A stretch of DNA of 32,000 bases from Caldimicrobium thiodismutans (GCF_001548275.1 NZ_AP014945.1:1680001-1712000), one strand, 5' to 3'; counted from the first letter of the stretch, positions 18,152 through 27,191 are shown. Translations and numbers: made by a program. Notes: generated by a model from the letters alone, not told the origin.

Positions 18152-18604
18152 ATGTTTAAGATTTTTAAATGGGGGGGTATTTTCCCCCTGTTTTTATCTA
18201 TAATGATATTATTTTTCTCAATTCCTGAGGTAGCTTTTTCTCAAGAAGATTTCCCTGAAATGGATTTAGAAAATTACGATCCCAATACAGAGATTGTATT
18301 AAAAGGAGAGATTAGAGAGATCATTATTCCTAAAAAGCCTAAAAAGAAAAAGGGGATGGTAAGGCTTCTTGTAGCTAAAGGCGATAAAATTTATACAGTT
18401 TTTCTTTCTCCATGGTGGTTTTATTTTAAATTAAATCCTAACCTCAAGATAGGAGACAGGGTTGAAATTAAAGGAGCAAAAATTTATACACGAAAACATG
18501 GCCTTGCTTTAGTGGTAAAGACTTTAAAAAATCTTTCTACAGGGGAAGAGCTAATCCTTAGAGATACCACCTGTAAACCCTGTTGGAGCGGAGGGAGAAA
18601 TTAA
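18152..18604 (+). CDS. Secreted OB-fold-like protein (MamS/BOF-type periplasmic domain), unknown function
   Basis: ATG 18152 follows a GAGGTGG RBS; the track start at 18113 overlaps the upstream gene. Signal peptide MFKIFKWGGIFPLFLSIMILFFSIPEVAFS. The pattern VLKGEI...YTVFLSPWWFY...IGDRVEIKG...LRDTTCKPCWSG is typical of these small periplasmic beta-barrel proteins. Confidence 0.6.
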   Translation: MFKIFKWGGIFPLFLSIMILFFSIPEVAFSQEDFPEMDLENYDPNTEIVLKGEIREIIIPKKPKKKKGMVRLLVAKGDKIYTVFLSPWWFYFKLNPNLKIGDRVEIKGAKIYTRKHGLALVVKTLKNLSTGEELILRDTTCKPCWSGGRN

Positions 18605-18617
18605 AATAAAGGCAATT

Positions 18618-19934
18618 TTAATCATTCTCAAGATTATAGAGCTTAAGTTTATAGTAAAGGGTTCTAAGGGCTATTCCCAGTTTTTTAGCAGCCTCCTTTT
18701 TATTACCTCCTGTTTCCTTAAGAGCCTTTAAAATTGCCTCCCTTTCAAGTGCTTCAAGAGATTTAACCTCATTTGGCTTAGAAGATAAATTCTCTTTTTC
18801 CTCTTCAACCTCAATTTCAAGATAAGGGCCTCTACAAAGTAAAAGAGCCCGTTCAATGAGATTTTCAAGCTCTCTTATGTTTCCGGGAAAAGAATAATTT
18901 AAGAGTCTTTTTTTAGATTCTTCACTTAAAGGTCTGGGTTCTTTACCAAGAGACTCAGCCTTTTTTTGAATGAGATATTCAGCAATTTTAAGAAGTTCTT
19001 TTTTTCTCTCTCTCAAAGGTGGAAGAGTAAAGGCAACTACATTGATTCTGTAATAGAGGTCTTCCCTGAATTTTCCTTCTTCCACAAGTTTTTTAAGATC
19101 TCTATTTGTGGCAACTACAAAGCGGGCATCAGTTTTAAGGGTTTCAAGCCCTCCAAGTCTTTCAAAGCTTTTATCCTGAAGCACTCTCAAGAATTTAGCC
19201 TGTATGGGAAGGGCCATTTCTGAGATTTCATCAAGAAAAAGAGTTCCTCCTCTTGCTAATTCAAGTTTTCCGGGTTTGGTTTTTATAGCCCCGGTAAAAG
19301 CGCCTTTTTCATAACCGAAAAGTTCAGCCTCAACAAGATTTTCAGGAAGGCTTGCGCAATTAATTTCCACAAAGGGCCCTTTTCTTCCACTTAAAAAGTG
19401 TATAGCCTTTGCCATAGCGGATTTTCCAGTTCCTGTCTCACCAAGGAGAAGGACTGTGGCACTGGTTGGTGCTATTTCAAGAATTTTTTCATAAAGATCT
19501 TCAAGACCTGCAAAAAGGATTTCAAAGGGAGGAACTTCAAGGGCTTTTTCTTCAGGCCTTTTTTTGTGCTTCAAAATTTTTTTAACTTTTTCAATCAGCT
19601 CTTCAGGTGAGGAAAGAGGTTTAGTTAAATAATCAATGGCTCCCTTTTTTAAGGCAGATACTGCAGATGGTATGCTTCCAAAGGCTGTGATTACTATAAA
19701 TTCAGAATCTGGTAATAATTTTTTTGCTTTTTCAAGAAAGGAAATTCCATCCATACCCGGAAGTTTCAAATCAGTTATTACAAGCTCTGGCTTAAGCTCC
19801 GGAAGTTTCAAAAGGGCACTCTCTGCATCTTTAAAGCTTTTGATCTCAAATCCCTCCTCTTCAAGAATGGTCTCAAGAAAGTTCAAAAAAGAGGGATCAT
19901 CTTCCACTATAAGGATCTGGGGATTTTTAGGCAT
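18618..19934 (-). CDS. Sigma54-dependent response regulator (NtrC/ZraR family: REC + AAA+ + Fis-type HTH)
   Basis: REC domain (ILIVEDDP...VITDLKLPGMDG). Walker A GETGTGKSAMAKAI. Sigma54-contact loop GAFTGA. C-terminal HTH NKKEAAKKLGIALRTLYYKLK. Confidence 0.93.
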   Translation of the reverse strand: MPKNPQILIVEDDPSFLNFLETILEEEGFEIKSFKDAESALLKLPELKPELVITDLKLPGMDGISFLEKAKKLLPDSEFIVITAFGSIPSAVSALKKGAIDYLTKPLSSPEELIEKVKKILKHKKRPEEKALEVPPFEILFAGLEDLYEKILEIAPTSATVLLLGETGTGKSAMAKAIHFLSGRKGPFVEINCASLPENLVEAELFGYEKGAFTGAIKTKPGKLELARGGTLFLDEISEMALPIQAKFLRVLQDKSFERLGGLETLKTDARFVVATNRDLKKLVEEGKFREDLYYRINVVAFTLPPLRERKKELLKIAEYLIQKKAESLGKEPRPLSEESKKRLLNYSFPGNIRELENLIERALLLCRGPYLEIEVEEEKENLSSKPNEVKSLEALEREAILKALKETGGNKKEAAKKLGIALRTLYYKLKLYNLEND

Positions 19935-21187
19935 GCCCTTGTTCCCTTTCCTTTTTCTGATTCAATTTTTAAGTCAAGTCCCAGTTCCTCACAGAATTTT
20001 TTCACAATAGCAAGGCCAAGGCCTGTTCCCCTTGATTTGGTGGTAAAAAAGGGTTCAAAGATGTAAGGTAAAATCTTTTCATCAATTCCCAGGCCTTCAT
20101 CTCTTATTTTAATAATATAATACTCTCCCTTTTCTTTCAAACCTACAAAAATTTTTTCTTTTCCAGCCTCAAAACTTGCATGCAGGGCATTTTCCATTAA
20201 GTTGAGAAATATACTTCTCAATTTTTCAGGATCACTTTTGGTCTTAAAATTTTCTCCCTCAGGGGTTATTTCAATTTGGACCTCTTCATAGAGAAATTTA
20301 AGGGACTCCACCACCTCTTCAAGAAGTTCTTTCAAATCTATTATTTTGAGTTCAGGTTCCCTTGAAAAGGTAAAATGGGAAAGCTCCTTTAAAAGATTTT
20401 CAATTCTTAGAGTCTCTTTGAGAATAATAGTTAAGGGTTTTTCAGCCGGTTTTTCTACACACTTTCTTTGCAGATACTGGGCAAAGCCCTTTATGCTTGC
20501 TAAGGGATTTTTGATCTCATGAAGAAGAACTCTTGTAATAAATTGCCATCTTTCAAGCTCCTCCATTCGGGAAAGTGACCTTTCAATTCTTGAAAGAATA
20601 AAAAAAGCCCCTAAACCTCCTGTAAAAAGAAGAAGGCTTAAAGAAAAGTCAATATAAAAGTGTCTTCTTGCAAAGTTAAGACTTTCCATTACTGGCCCCA
20701 CATGAAGGGCAATCCTGAGTATCAGGGGATTTTGTTTATTGATTACATAATTTTCATATAGATAAACAGTTTCTCCTGTCTTGAGAGTAAAAAAACTTGT
20801 CTGTCTTTTCTCTTCAAGAAGAAAACTTTTTTCAACTTTTTGACCTATTAAATCAGGATTGGAGTGAAGCACTATAGTTTTATTGGTATCATAGAGAGTA
20901 ATAAAGGCAACCCCCTCCCATCTTTCATTAAGGAGTAGTTCTGAAAAAAAGTCCTTCCTTTCTTTTAATAGATTTATGTCAAAGGTTTTAAAAAGGCTTT
21001 GTAAGACTACTTCAAGGCTTAAAGCTTGTAATTTCAGATTGGTATCCAGAGTTTTTTCTGTATTTTTGTAACTTAAAAAAGCAGACATAAGTAAAAGAAA
21101 GCCTGCTAAAAAGGAAGAAATTAAAGCTATAAAACCTGGTTTGAGAAGTTTTTTAAGAGGTTTTTCCAATCTGAGAGATAAGTTCAT
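19907..21187 (-). CDS. Sensor histidine kinase with two TM helices and a periplasmic domain (ZraS/AtoS-like)
   Basis: H-box LLHEIKNPLASIKGF. N box LMENALHA. G boxes DEGLGI and GTGLGLAIVKK. The track opens at TTG 21202 and the first ATG is 21187. Either start lies inside the 3' end of the upstream platform gene. The 3' end overlaps the RR start by 28 nt. Confidence 0.88.
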   Translation of the reverse strand: MNLSLRLEKPLKKLLKPGFIALISSFLAGFLLLMSAFLSYKNTEKTLDTNLKLQALSLEVVLQSLFKTFDINLLKERKDFFSELLLNERWEGVAFITLYDTNKTIVLHSNPDLIGQKVEKSFLLEEKRQTSFFTLKTGETVYLYENYVINKQNPLILRIALHVGPVMESLNFARRHFYIDFSLSLLLFTGGLGAFFILSRIERSLSRMEELERWQFITRVLLHEIKNPLASIKGFAQYLQRKCVEKPAEKPLTIILKETLRIENLLKELSHFTFSREPELKIIDLKELLEEVVESLKFLYEEVQIEITPEGENFKTKSDPEKLRSIFLNLMENALHASFEAGKEKIFVGLKEKGEYYIIKIRDEGLGIDEKILPYIFEPFFTTKSRGTGLGLAIVKKFCEELGLDLKIESEKGKGTRACLKIPRSL

Positions 21188-22358
21188 AAATAGGTCCAAC
21201 AAGAGCTATGATAATAATAAGGAAGATAATACCTGCAATGGCAAGGACAACAGGCTCAAGAATTTTGGTAAGGGTATCTACAATATTCTGAACCTCCTGA
21301 TAATAAAAGTTAGCAAGCATTTTCATCTGTTCTTCAAGTCTTCCTGTTGCTTCTCCAACTGAAATCATTCTTATATCAAGGGGTCTAAAAATTTTTTCTT
21401 TTTTAAGAGCGCTTGCAATATTTTCACCTGCTAAAATAGACTCTTCAATATTTTTAACAATTTTTTTGTGATACAGCCTGTGAAAGGATTCATACATAAG
21501 TTTTAAAAGTCTCAGAAGATCAATTCCCGCTGAAAGTAACAGAGCAAAGTGTTCAAAAAAGAAGGCGAGAAAATTAAGTCTTCTAACTCTTCCAAAAATG
21601 GGGATTTTAAGTAAAAGCCTTTCAAAGGGAATCTGTGTTTTAGGATGGCGATATAAGAAAAGAATTGTTATTATGGATATGATAAGAAAAAGGGGAAGGT
21701 AAAATTTTATGGCTAAAAAGAAATTTACTACTTTCATCAAAATGATAGTAGGAAGGGGAAGTTTAACTCCCATTTCTTTAAAGGTCCCAAGAAGTTTGGG
21801 AAGCACAAAAAAGATCCAGAAGGCAAGGGCTCCTGACATGGCAAATAATACAAAAGCTGGATAAATTAGGGCCCTTTTGGTCTGGGAAATTATTTCATCA
21901 ACGCGATAAAGATGTTTTGAGGCTTCCTCTAAGGTTCTATCAAGGGTTCCTGATTCTTCTCCTATTTGAATGAGAGATATAACCACTGGAGGGAAAAGCT
22001 TGGTTTTTTCAACAGCACTTCTAAAGGTTTCTCCTCTTGTAATAGCAATCCTTATTTTATTGATTTCTCTTTTGAGTTTTGGATTTTTAGTTTCTTTTTC
22101 AAGGTCTTCAAGGGAAGTAATCAGGGGAACACCACTTCTTAATAAAAAGGCAAGATGATGTAAGAACTCAGCAAGTTCCTTTCTTTTAACTCGCCCGGAG
22201 AAAAACTTTGGAAAGATAGTTCTTTTTACCGAGTAGTTAACCAGAGTCAGCCCTTCTCTTTGAAGGGCATAGTAGAGCTCTTCTGGGCTCTGGTATTCGC
22301 CTTCTCCTTTAGTAAGGGTGCCCTCTCTTGTAAGGGCTGTGTATGTGAAAAGGGGCAT
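21153..22358 (-). CDS. Type II secretion / type IV pilus inner-membrane platform protein (GspF/PilC/MshG family)
   Basis: 401 aa made of two repeated T2SSF-type halves (LSRMLRSG-like LAFLLRSGVPLITSL and LALLLSAGIDLLRLL). Three TM segments. Confidence 0.9.
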   Translation of the reverse strand: MPLFTYTALTREGTLTKGEGEYQSPEELYYALQREGLTLVNYSVKRTIFPKFFSGRVKRKELAEFLHHLAFLLRSGVPLITSLEDLEKETKNPKLKREINKIRIAITRGETFRSAVEKTKLFPPVVISLIQIGEESGTLDRTLEEASKHLYRVDEIISQTKRALIYPAFVLFAMSGALAFWIFFVLPKLLGTFKEMGVKLPLPTIILMKVVNFFLAIKFYLPLFLIISIITILFLYRHPKTQIPFERLLLKIPIFGRVRRLNFLAFFFEHFALLLSAGIDLLRLLKLMYESFHRLYHKKIVKNIEESILAGENIASALKKEKIFRPLDIRMISVGEATGRLEEQMKMLANFYYQEVQNIVDTLTKILEPVVLAIAGIIFLIIIIALVGPIYELISQIGKTS

Positions 22359-23996
22359 CTATCCTACTACTCTCTTTATTTCTTCAGGAGTGGTTATTCC
22401 AGCAAGAACCTTTTCTTTAGCATCTTCCCTTAAATTTTTAAAACCCTTCTGTCTTGCCCTTTCATAAATGACAGATAAAGGAGGATCCTCCCCAATTAAT
22501 TTAGAAAGCTCTTCATCCACAAAGAAGATTTCACAGACCACTGTTCTTCCAAGATATCCCTTACCTCCACACTGAAAGCAACCCTTTCCACGGTAATATT
22601 CTCTATCTTCAGGAAGCTTGTAATATTCAAGAACTTCCTTAGGTGGTTTATAGGGCTCTTTGCAGGCAGGGCAGATTTTTCTTATCAATCTCTGGGCAAT
22701 AACTCCCTTTAAAGCTGAAGACAGAAGATCTGCCTTAATCCCCATATCTTTAAGCCTGAATATCGAGGAAATAGCATCATTGGTGTGAAGGGTTGAAAGG
22801 AAGAGATGGCCTGTTAGAGCTGCTCTTACCGCCATGGTGGCAGTTTCTTCATCTCTTACCTCACCTACCAGTATCACATCAGGGTCAAGTCTTAAAAAGG
22901 CTCTAATTGCCCTTGCAAAGGTATAACCAATTTCTTCACTAACTTGCGTTTGCCTGGCAAGGGGAAGGAGATATTCTACTGGATCTTCTGCTGTTAAAAC
23001 ATTTTTTTCAAGGAGATTTATTCGTCTCAAGGCTGCAAAGAGTGTGGTTGATTTCCCAGAACCTGTTGGTCCTGTAATAAGAAACATACCATAAGGTTGG
23101 GCAATAATTTCATCAATAAGCTTTATTTCTTCAGGGTCAAAACCGAGATATTCCAGATTTTGCACCTGGGCCCCTGTTGGAAGATATCTTATTACCACCG
23201 TTTCTCCAAAGGAGGTCGGGGCTGTGGCTATTCTTAAGTCATATTTGCTCTCAAGAAAGGTGAAGCTCATTCTTCCATCTTGAGGCCTTCTTGTTTCTGC
23301 AATATCTAATTGGGATCTAATTTTAATGACATTGATAAGTCTTCTGAAAACAGTATGGGGAAAAACTATAGCTGGATCAAGTATCCCATCTACTCTGTAA
23401 AAAATTTGAAGACTGCGCTGGGTAGGTATAAGGTGAAGATCGGTTGCCCTTCTCTGAATCCCCAGAATTAATAATTTATTTAATAAGTCCTCAACATCAA
23501 AATCCATGGTTGGATTGGTTTTCAATCTCTCTGTGAGATTCTTTAAATCTTCTTCTATAGAATGCTCTTTAAAGTAGTAAAATTTCTCAATAGCCTTGGC
23601 AAGACTTTGAGCTCCAGTTACAAAGAAGGAAACATTTCTTCCTGCAACCCTCTGAATAGCATTCATTAGATGCTGGTTAAAGGGATCGGAAATAGCAACT
23701 TTTAAAGTTCCATTTTCAAAGGAAAAGGGGAGCACAAGATTATTTTTAGCAAAATTAAAAGGAATACTCTCAAGGGCTTTTGGCTCAGGAGTAAGGATAT
23801 CTATATCAAGAAAAGGAAAAACCGCCTGTTCAGAAAGTGCCCTTGCAATCTCAAGATCTGTGACCATTCCCACTCTTACAAGGACTTCACCCAGCTTTTC
23901 CCCTGTTGCCTTCTGCTCAAGAAGAGCAAATTTAATATAATCATCAGTTATAAGACCTCTCTCCTTTAAAATTTCACCAAGGGGTTTTCTTTGCAT
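22359..23996 (-). CDS. Type IV pilus / T2SS assembly ATPase (GspE/PilB/MshE family) with an MshEN-like N-terminal domain
   Basis: Walker A GPTGSGKSTT. Asp and His boxes (ILVGEVRDEETA, TGHLFLSTLHTND). Tetracysteine CPACKE...CFQCGGKG. The N-terminus carries two 24-residue xLGxxL...G(L/M)(I/V)...L..Q motifs. Confidence 0.93.
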   Translation of the reverse strand: MQRKPLGEILKERGLITDDYIKFALLEQKATGEKLGEVLVRVGMVTDLEIARALSEQAVFPFLDIDILTPEPKALESIPFNFAKNNLVLPFSFENGTLKVAISDPFNQHLMNAIQRVAGRNVSFFVTGAQSLAKAIEKFYYFKEHSIEEDLKNLTERLKTNPTMDFDVEDLLNKLLILGIQRRATDLHLIPTQRSLQIFYRVDGILDPAIVFPHTVFRRLINVIKIRSQLDIAETRRPQDGRMSFTFLESKYDLRIATAPTSFGETVVIRYLPTGAQVQNLEYLGFDPEEIKLIDEIIAQPYGMFLITGPTGSGKSTTLFAALRRINLLEKNVLTAEDPVEYLLPLARQTQVSEEIGYTFARAIRAFLRLDPDVILVGEVRDEETATMAVRAALTGHLFLSTLHTNDAISSIFRLKDMGIKADLLSSALKGVIAQRLIRKICPACKEPYKPPKEVLEYYKLPEDREYYRGKGCFQCGGKGYLGRTVVCEIFFVDEELSKLIGEDPPLSVIYERARQKGFKNLREDAKEKVLAGITTPEEIKRVVG

Positions 23997-24005
23997 ATCT
24001 TTTAC

Positions 24006-24842
24006 CTACTTACACATTTCTTCTAAAGTTTTAACTTTATCCTGTAAGCCCGGAGGAAATGTCTTGAGACGAAGTTCTCTGCAGGCTTTTTCCCTTTCTC
24101 CCTTTTTTAAAAGAACCATAAGGTAATTGAGCTCATAAAAGGGGTCATGTTTTAATTTAAGTGCTTTTTCAAAGGCAATTTTTGCCCCATCAAAATTTCC
24201 AGTTAAGTAATAAAGTCCCCCAAGATTATTGAGTGCATCAGGGTCTGTCCTGTGTTTAAGATATTCTTCATAAAATTTTATAGCAGACATATAATTCCCC
24301 TTTTTTCTCTCCTCCTCGGCATTAAAAAGCAGGTTTTCAAGTAGCCCTTTTTCTTTAAGAATAGGTGCCCCTTGAGGAGTAAGAGTTTCTATTTTTTCCT
24401 CAAGTTTTTCAGGTTCCCTTTTTTTCTTTAACATAGAGAGAGTCTCTTTGTCCCTTTTTATTTTATCTTTATTTTTTGAAAGGGTTTTATTTCCAGGGGT
24501 TGAATCTTTTGGAAGAGCAGATTTTTTAACCTCCTTGTCAGTAACTTCTAAACTCCCTTTAGGTTGGGTAGCATTATTTTGTGTAGGGGGAATCTCTCCT
24601 TGAGGTGATCTTTTGACTTCATATACATATTCTGGAGGATTCTGAAAAGGCTTTTTATCTTTAGCCTTTAATAAACTAAACATTTTTACCAGATAGAATC
24701 CCCCCAAAAAAGAACCTGAAAATAAAATCGCAAAGAGAATCAAAAAAAAGAATCTGCGTTTTGAAACTTTTTCTTTTTCTTTAAAAGGAGAGGGCTTCTT
24801 TTCTTTTTTTATCTCTCTTAAAAATTCAGCAAGTTTTCCCAT
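24006..24842 (-). CDS. Membrane-anchored TPR-repeat protein (MshN-like position)
   Basis: N-terminal TM helix (FFFLILFAILFSGSFLGGFYLV), a K/E/P-rich linker, then TPR-like repeats (GNYMSAIKFYEEYLKHRTDPDALNNLGGLYYLTGNFDGAKIAFEKALKL). Confidence 0.7.
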   Translation of the reverse strand: MGKLAEFLREIKKEKKPSPFKEKEKVSKRRFFFLILFAILFSGSFLGGFYLVKMFSLLKAKDKKPFQNPPEYVYEVKRSPQGEIPPTQNNATQPKGSLEVTDKEVKKSALPKDSTPGNKTLSKNKDKIKRDKETLSMLKKKREPEKLEEKIETLTPQGAPILKEKGLLENLLFNAEEERKKGNYMSAIKFYEEYLKHRTDPDALNNLGGLYYLTGNFDGAKIAFEKALKLKHDPFYELNYLMVLLKKGEREKACRELRLKTFPPGLQDKVKTLEEMCK

Positions 24843-24845
24843 AGC

Positions 24846-26375
24846 TCAGTCTAAAAGAATTCTTATGAGGATTACAAGCTCTGCTTTTTTTCCTTCATGA
24901 ATATTACTTTTGAATAATTCAGAAAGTAAAGGGATGGCTACCTTCCTTTCAGTTGTTTTATCCCGATCAAGAATTAGCCCACCAATAACAATCAAATCAT
25001 TGGGGCGAGCCTTAACAATAGAGGTCATCTCCCTCAAATTTACCCTTGGGAGGGTTATAAAGTAATTAGCTCCAAAACGAACTTCCTTTAAATCTACAAT
25101 ATCACTTTTTATGGGAACAATGTGAAGAAAAATCTGATCCTCTTCTGCAATATAAGGTGTTATCCCGAGAAGTATCCCATCGAATACAGAAGAGGGGCTA
25201 ACGGATGGATTTGTTGCATTACCTTCATATTTAATTTCTCTTATATAGGCTTGAGAGGTTCCCACACTTATTAAGGCAGGCTGAGAGTGAAGAACTCTTA
25301 TCTTTGGGTTTGAGATTACTTTAAGTTCTCCATATTCCTTCAGAAGATTTAAAATCAAATTCACATTGGGCTCACCACTTATGGTCAGGGCAAAGGAGAA
25401 TGGAGGTGGAACTCCCGTTTGATCATTTTTTTTAAGATCAAGGGTATTAAAGGAAACCCTGTTATTCCCCATAAGATAACCTGTTATTTCAAACCAATCC
25501 ACCCCAAGGTTATGCCCTTTACTAAGCTCAATTTCAATAATCTGAGCGGAAAGAAGAATCTGCCTTCCATATTTCTTTTTAAATTCTGAAACAAGCCTTT
25601 CAACAGCCCTTATTCTGCTTGGTTTAGCCTTCACATAAAGTATCCCTGTGAGCCTGTTCAAACTATAACTCCCCTCTTTAGAAAGAAGGGTAACTAAACT
25701 AACTTCAAGGGCTTTATAAAGGTCAAGACTTTCTTTTGAAAGCTCGGCATTAATAGAATATTCACCCTTAAGAGGTGAAGGTGCAATGGTTCCACCCACT
25801 CCACCCCCAATATTTCCAAGAACATCCCCTCCCATAGAAGTTCTACTCTCTTTTATCACAGGAAGAAAACCAAGATTTATAATCTTTTCTGCAAAGGGTT
25901 CAACATAAAGAATACCTCTGTCAACTCTAAAATTTATATCCAGAAGTTCACATACCTTTTGTAGTATATCCTGAACAGGTTGATTCTTCATCTGCAAGGT
26001 TATTCTTTCCTTTTCAGGTGGTATTTCCTTTTTAACCTCAGGATCTATAACAAGGCTTAATCCTGTTTGATAAGCAAGGAAAAAAAGAATACTTTCAAAG
26101 TGTTCTTGATAAAATGCAACGGTTAAAGGTTTTTGTAAAGGGGAAAGTTCTTTAAATAGGGGCTTAAGAGCAGGTTTTTCCTCAGTTCCTGGCTTTACCT
26201 GAGGAGTGGTAGCATTTTCAAGAACCTGTCTGTATTGATTATAGGCCTTTTCTGTTTCAGGGGAAGGAACCTTTCCACCACAGGAAACAAGAAAACTAAT
26301 AATCAGAAGAAAGAGTAAAAACTCCTCCAACCTCAAGTTTAACCCTTTTGCCCCTGGGAAGTAAAAGTTCCACAT
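24846..26375 (-). CDS. Outer-membrane secretin, lipoprotein type (PilQ/GspD/MshL family)
   Basis: C-terminal secretin domain (NPKIRVLHSQPALISVGT...GILLGITPYI...IVIGGLI...VAIPLLSELF...ELVILIRI). Lipobox FLVSC. The track ATG 26375 overlaps the upstream gene by 80 nt; in-frame TTG codons at 26336 and 26330 are alternative starts. Confidence 0.88.
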   Translation of the reverse strand: MWNFYFPGAKGLNLRLEEFLLFLLIISFLVSCGGKVPSPETEKAYNQYRQVLENATTPQVKPGTEEKPALKPLFKELSPLQKPLTVAFYQEHFESILFFLAYQTGLSLVIDPEVKKEIPPEKERITLQMKNQPVQDILQKVCELLDINFRVDRGILYVEPFAEKIINLGFLPVIKESRTSMGGDVLGNIGGGVGGTIAPSPLKGEYSINAELSKESLDLYKALEVSLVTLLSKEGSYSLNRLTGILYVKAKPSRIRAVERLVSEFKKKYGRQILLSAQIIEIELSKGHNLGVDWFEITGYLMGNNRVSFNTLDLKKNDQTGVPPPFSFALTISGEPNVNLILNLLKEYGELKVISNPKIRVLHSQPALISVGTSQAYIREIKYEGNATNPSVSPSSVFDGILLGITPYIAEEDQIFLHIVPIKSDIVDLKEVRFGANYFITLPRVNLREMTSIVKARPNDLIVIGGLILDRDKTTERKVAIPLLSELFKSNIHEGKKAELVILIRILLD

Positions 26376-26763
26376 AGTAATCTCCTATTTTGAAAATTTT
26401 AATTTTTCCAATTTTATCCCCTTCTCTATAGAATTTTCCATTTATTACACAGGCACTCTTTTTTTCTTTAAAAATAGAAGTCAATTTAAGAGTTTCAGGG
26501 GAAAAGATCTGAGCTTGCCTTTTAGAATCCTCGTCATAAAAGGGATTTTTGGCAATAATAAGGGGTTCTTTACTTTTTTCATGGATTCTCTCAAATTGCC
26601 TTATAGCCTGCATAAATTGACGATGCTCCTCCGGTATCCTCACTTCTTGTTTTACCGGATAAGCAATTTTTTTCAAGGGATAATAAAGCATTATGAAGAA
26701 GAATAAAAGAGGAAAAATCCAGAAAAGAATGAATAGTTGCCCCTTTAGAGAAAATTTTTTCAT
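26296..26763 (-). CDS. Pilus assembly protein, MshK/PilP/GspC-like
   Basis: One N-terminal TM helix. The C-terminal beta domain (LKLTSIF...ACVINGKFYREGDKIGKIKIFKIGDYYVELLL) is typical of the small secretin-proximal component. Confidence 0.55.
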   Translation of the reverse strand: MKKFSLKGQLFILFWIFPLLFFFIMLYYPLKKIAYPVKQEVRIPEEHRQFMQAIRQFERIHEKSKEPLIIAKNPFYDEDSKRQAQIFSPETLKLTSIFKEKKSACVINGKFYREGDKIGKIKIFKIGDYYVELLLPRGKRVKLEVGGVFTLSSDY

Positions 26764-27191
26764 TGAAAAATTATTTTAGTCCCTTTAATATTTAATATGG
26801 GATTTTTTCCTTCCTGCCTTTCAAATTTCATTTCCCGTAGAGAAAAAAAGGTATCCAGCTGGGAATTAGTCAGGGCTTCCAAAGTGGTAAAGGCCTGCTG
26901 GTGATTTCTAAGATCAACTTCCAGGGAGACTTCAAGTTCTCTTTTTTTAAATTCCCTCTGCCAGTCCACTTTACTTAAGGCCTCTTTCAGCCTGACAATT
27001 TCTGGCTGAATCCTGTAATAGGATTCTTCTATTTTACCATAACTTTCCTTCAAAGCGATAAAAGTTTTAAGCTCTTTAACCAGGAAAAAAAGAGAGATCC
27101 CAAAAAAAAGAACACCAAAAATCCAGAAATAAAACTCTTTTTTATAATAGGCCCCTACCTCTTCCTTTAAAAACTTGAAGTTTAAACTCAT
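26760..27191 (-). CDS. Pilus assembly protein, PilO/GspM/MshJ-like
   Basis: 143 aa with a single TM (FYFWIFGVLFFGISLFFLV), a coiled coil and a small alpha/beta domain. It overlaps both neighbouring genes by 4 nt. Confidence 0.5.
   Translation of the reverse strand: MSLNFKFLKEEVGAYYKKEFYFWIFGVLFFGISLFFLVKELKTFIALKESYGKIEESYYRIQPEIVRLKEALSKVDWQREFKKRELEVSLEVDLRNHQQAFTTLEALTNSQLDTFFSLREMKFERQEGKNPILNIKGTKIIFQ

Noticed and set aside
18966-20010. Plus-strand ORFs 18966-19223, 19398-19610 and 19636-20010, antisense to the response regulator and kinase. Similar cases: 21141-21362, 21970-22158, 26515-26706, 28849-29031 and 29598-29801.
   Set aside because: They are antisense shadows of well-supported genes. 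Their F/K/S-rich translations reflect the complement of K/E/L-rich coding sequence.
26296-26375. 80-nt overlap between the MshK-like gene and the secretin ORF, considered as a possible frameshift, fusion or pseudogene.
   Set aside because: Both frames are intact. In-frame TTG codons at 26336 and 26330 directly precede the lipoprotein signal peptide and reduce the overlap to 35-41 nt, so this is most likely a start-codon assignment issue.
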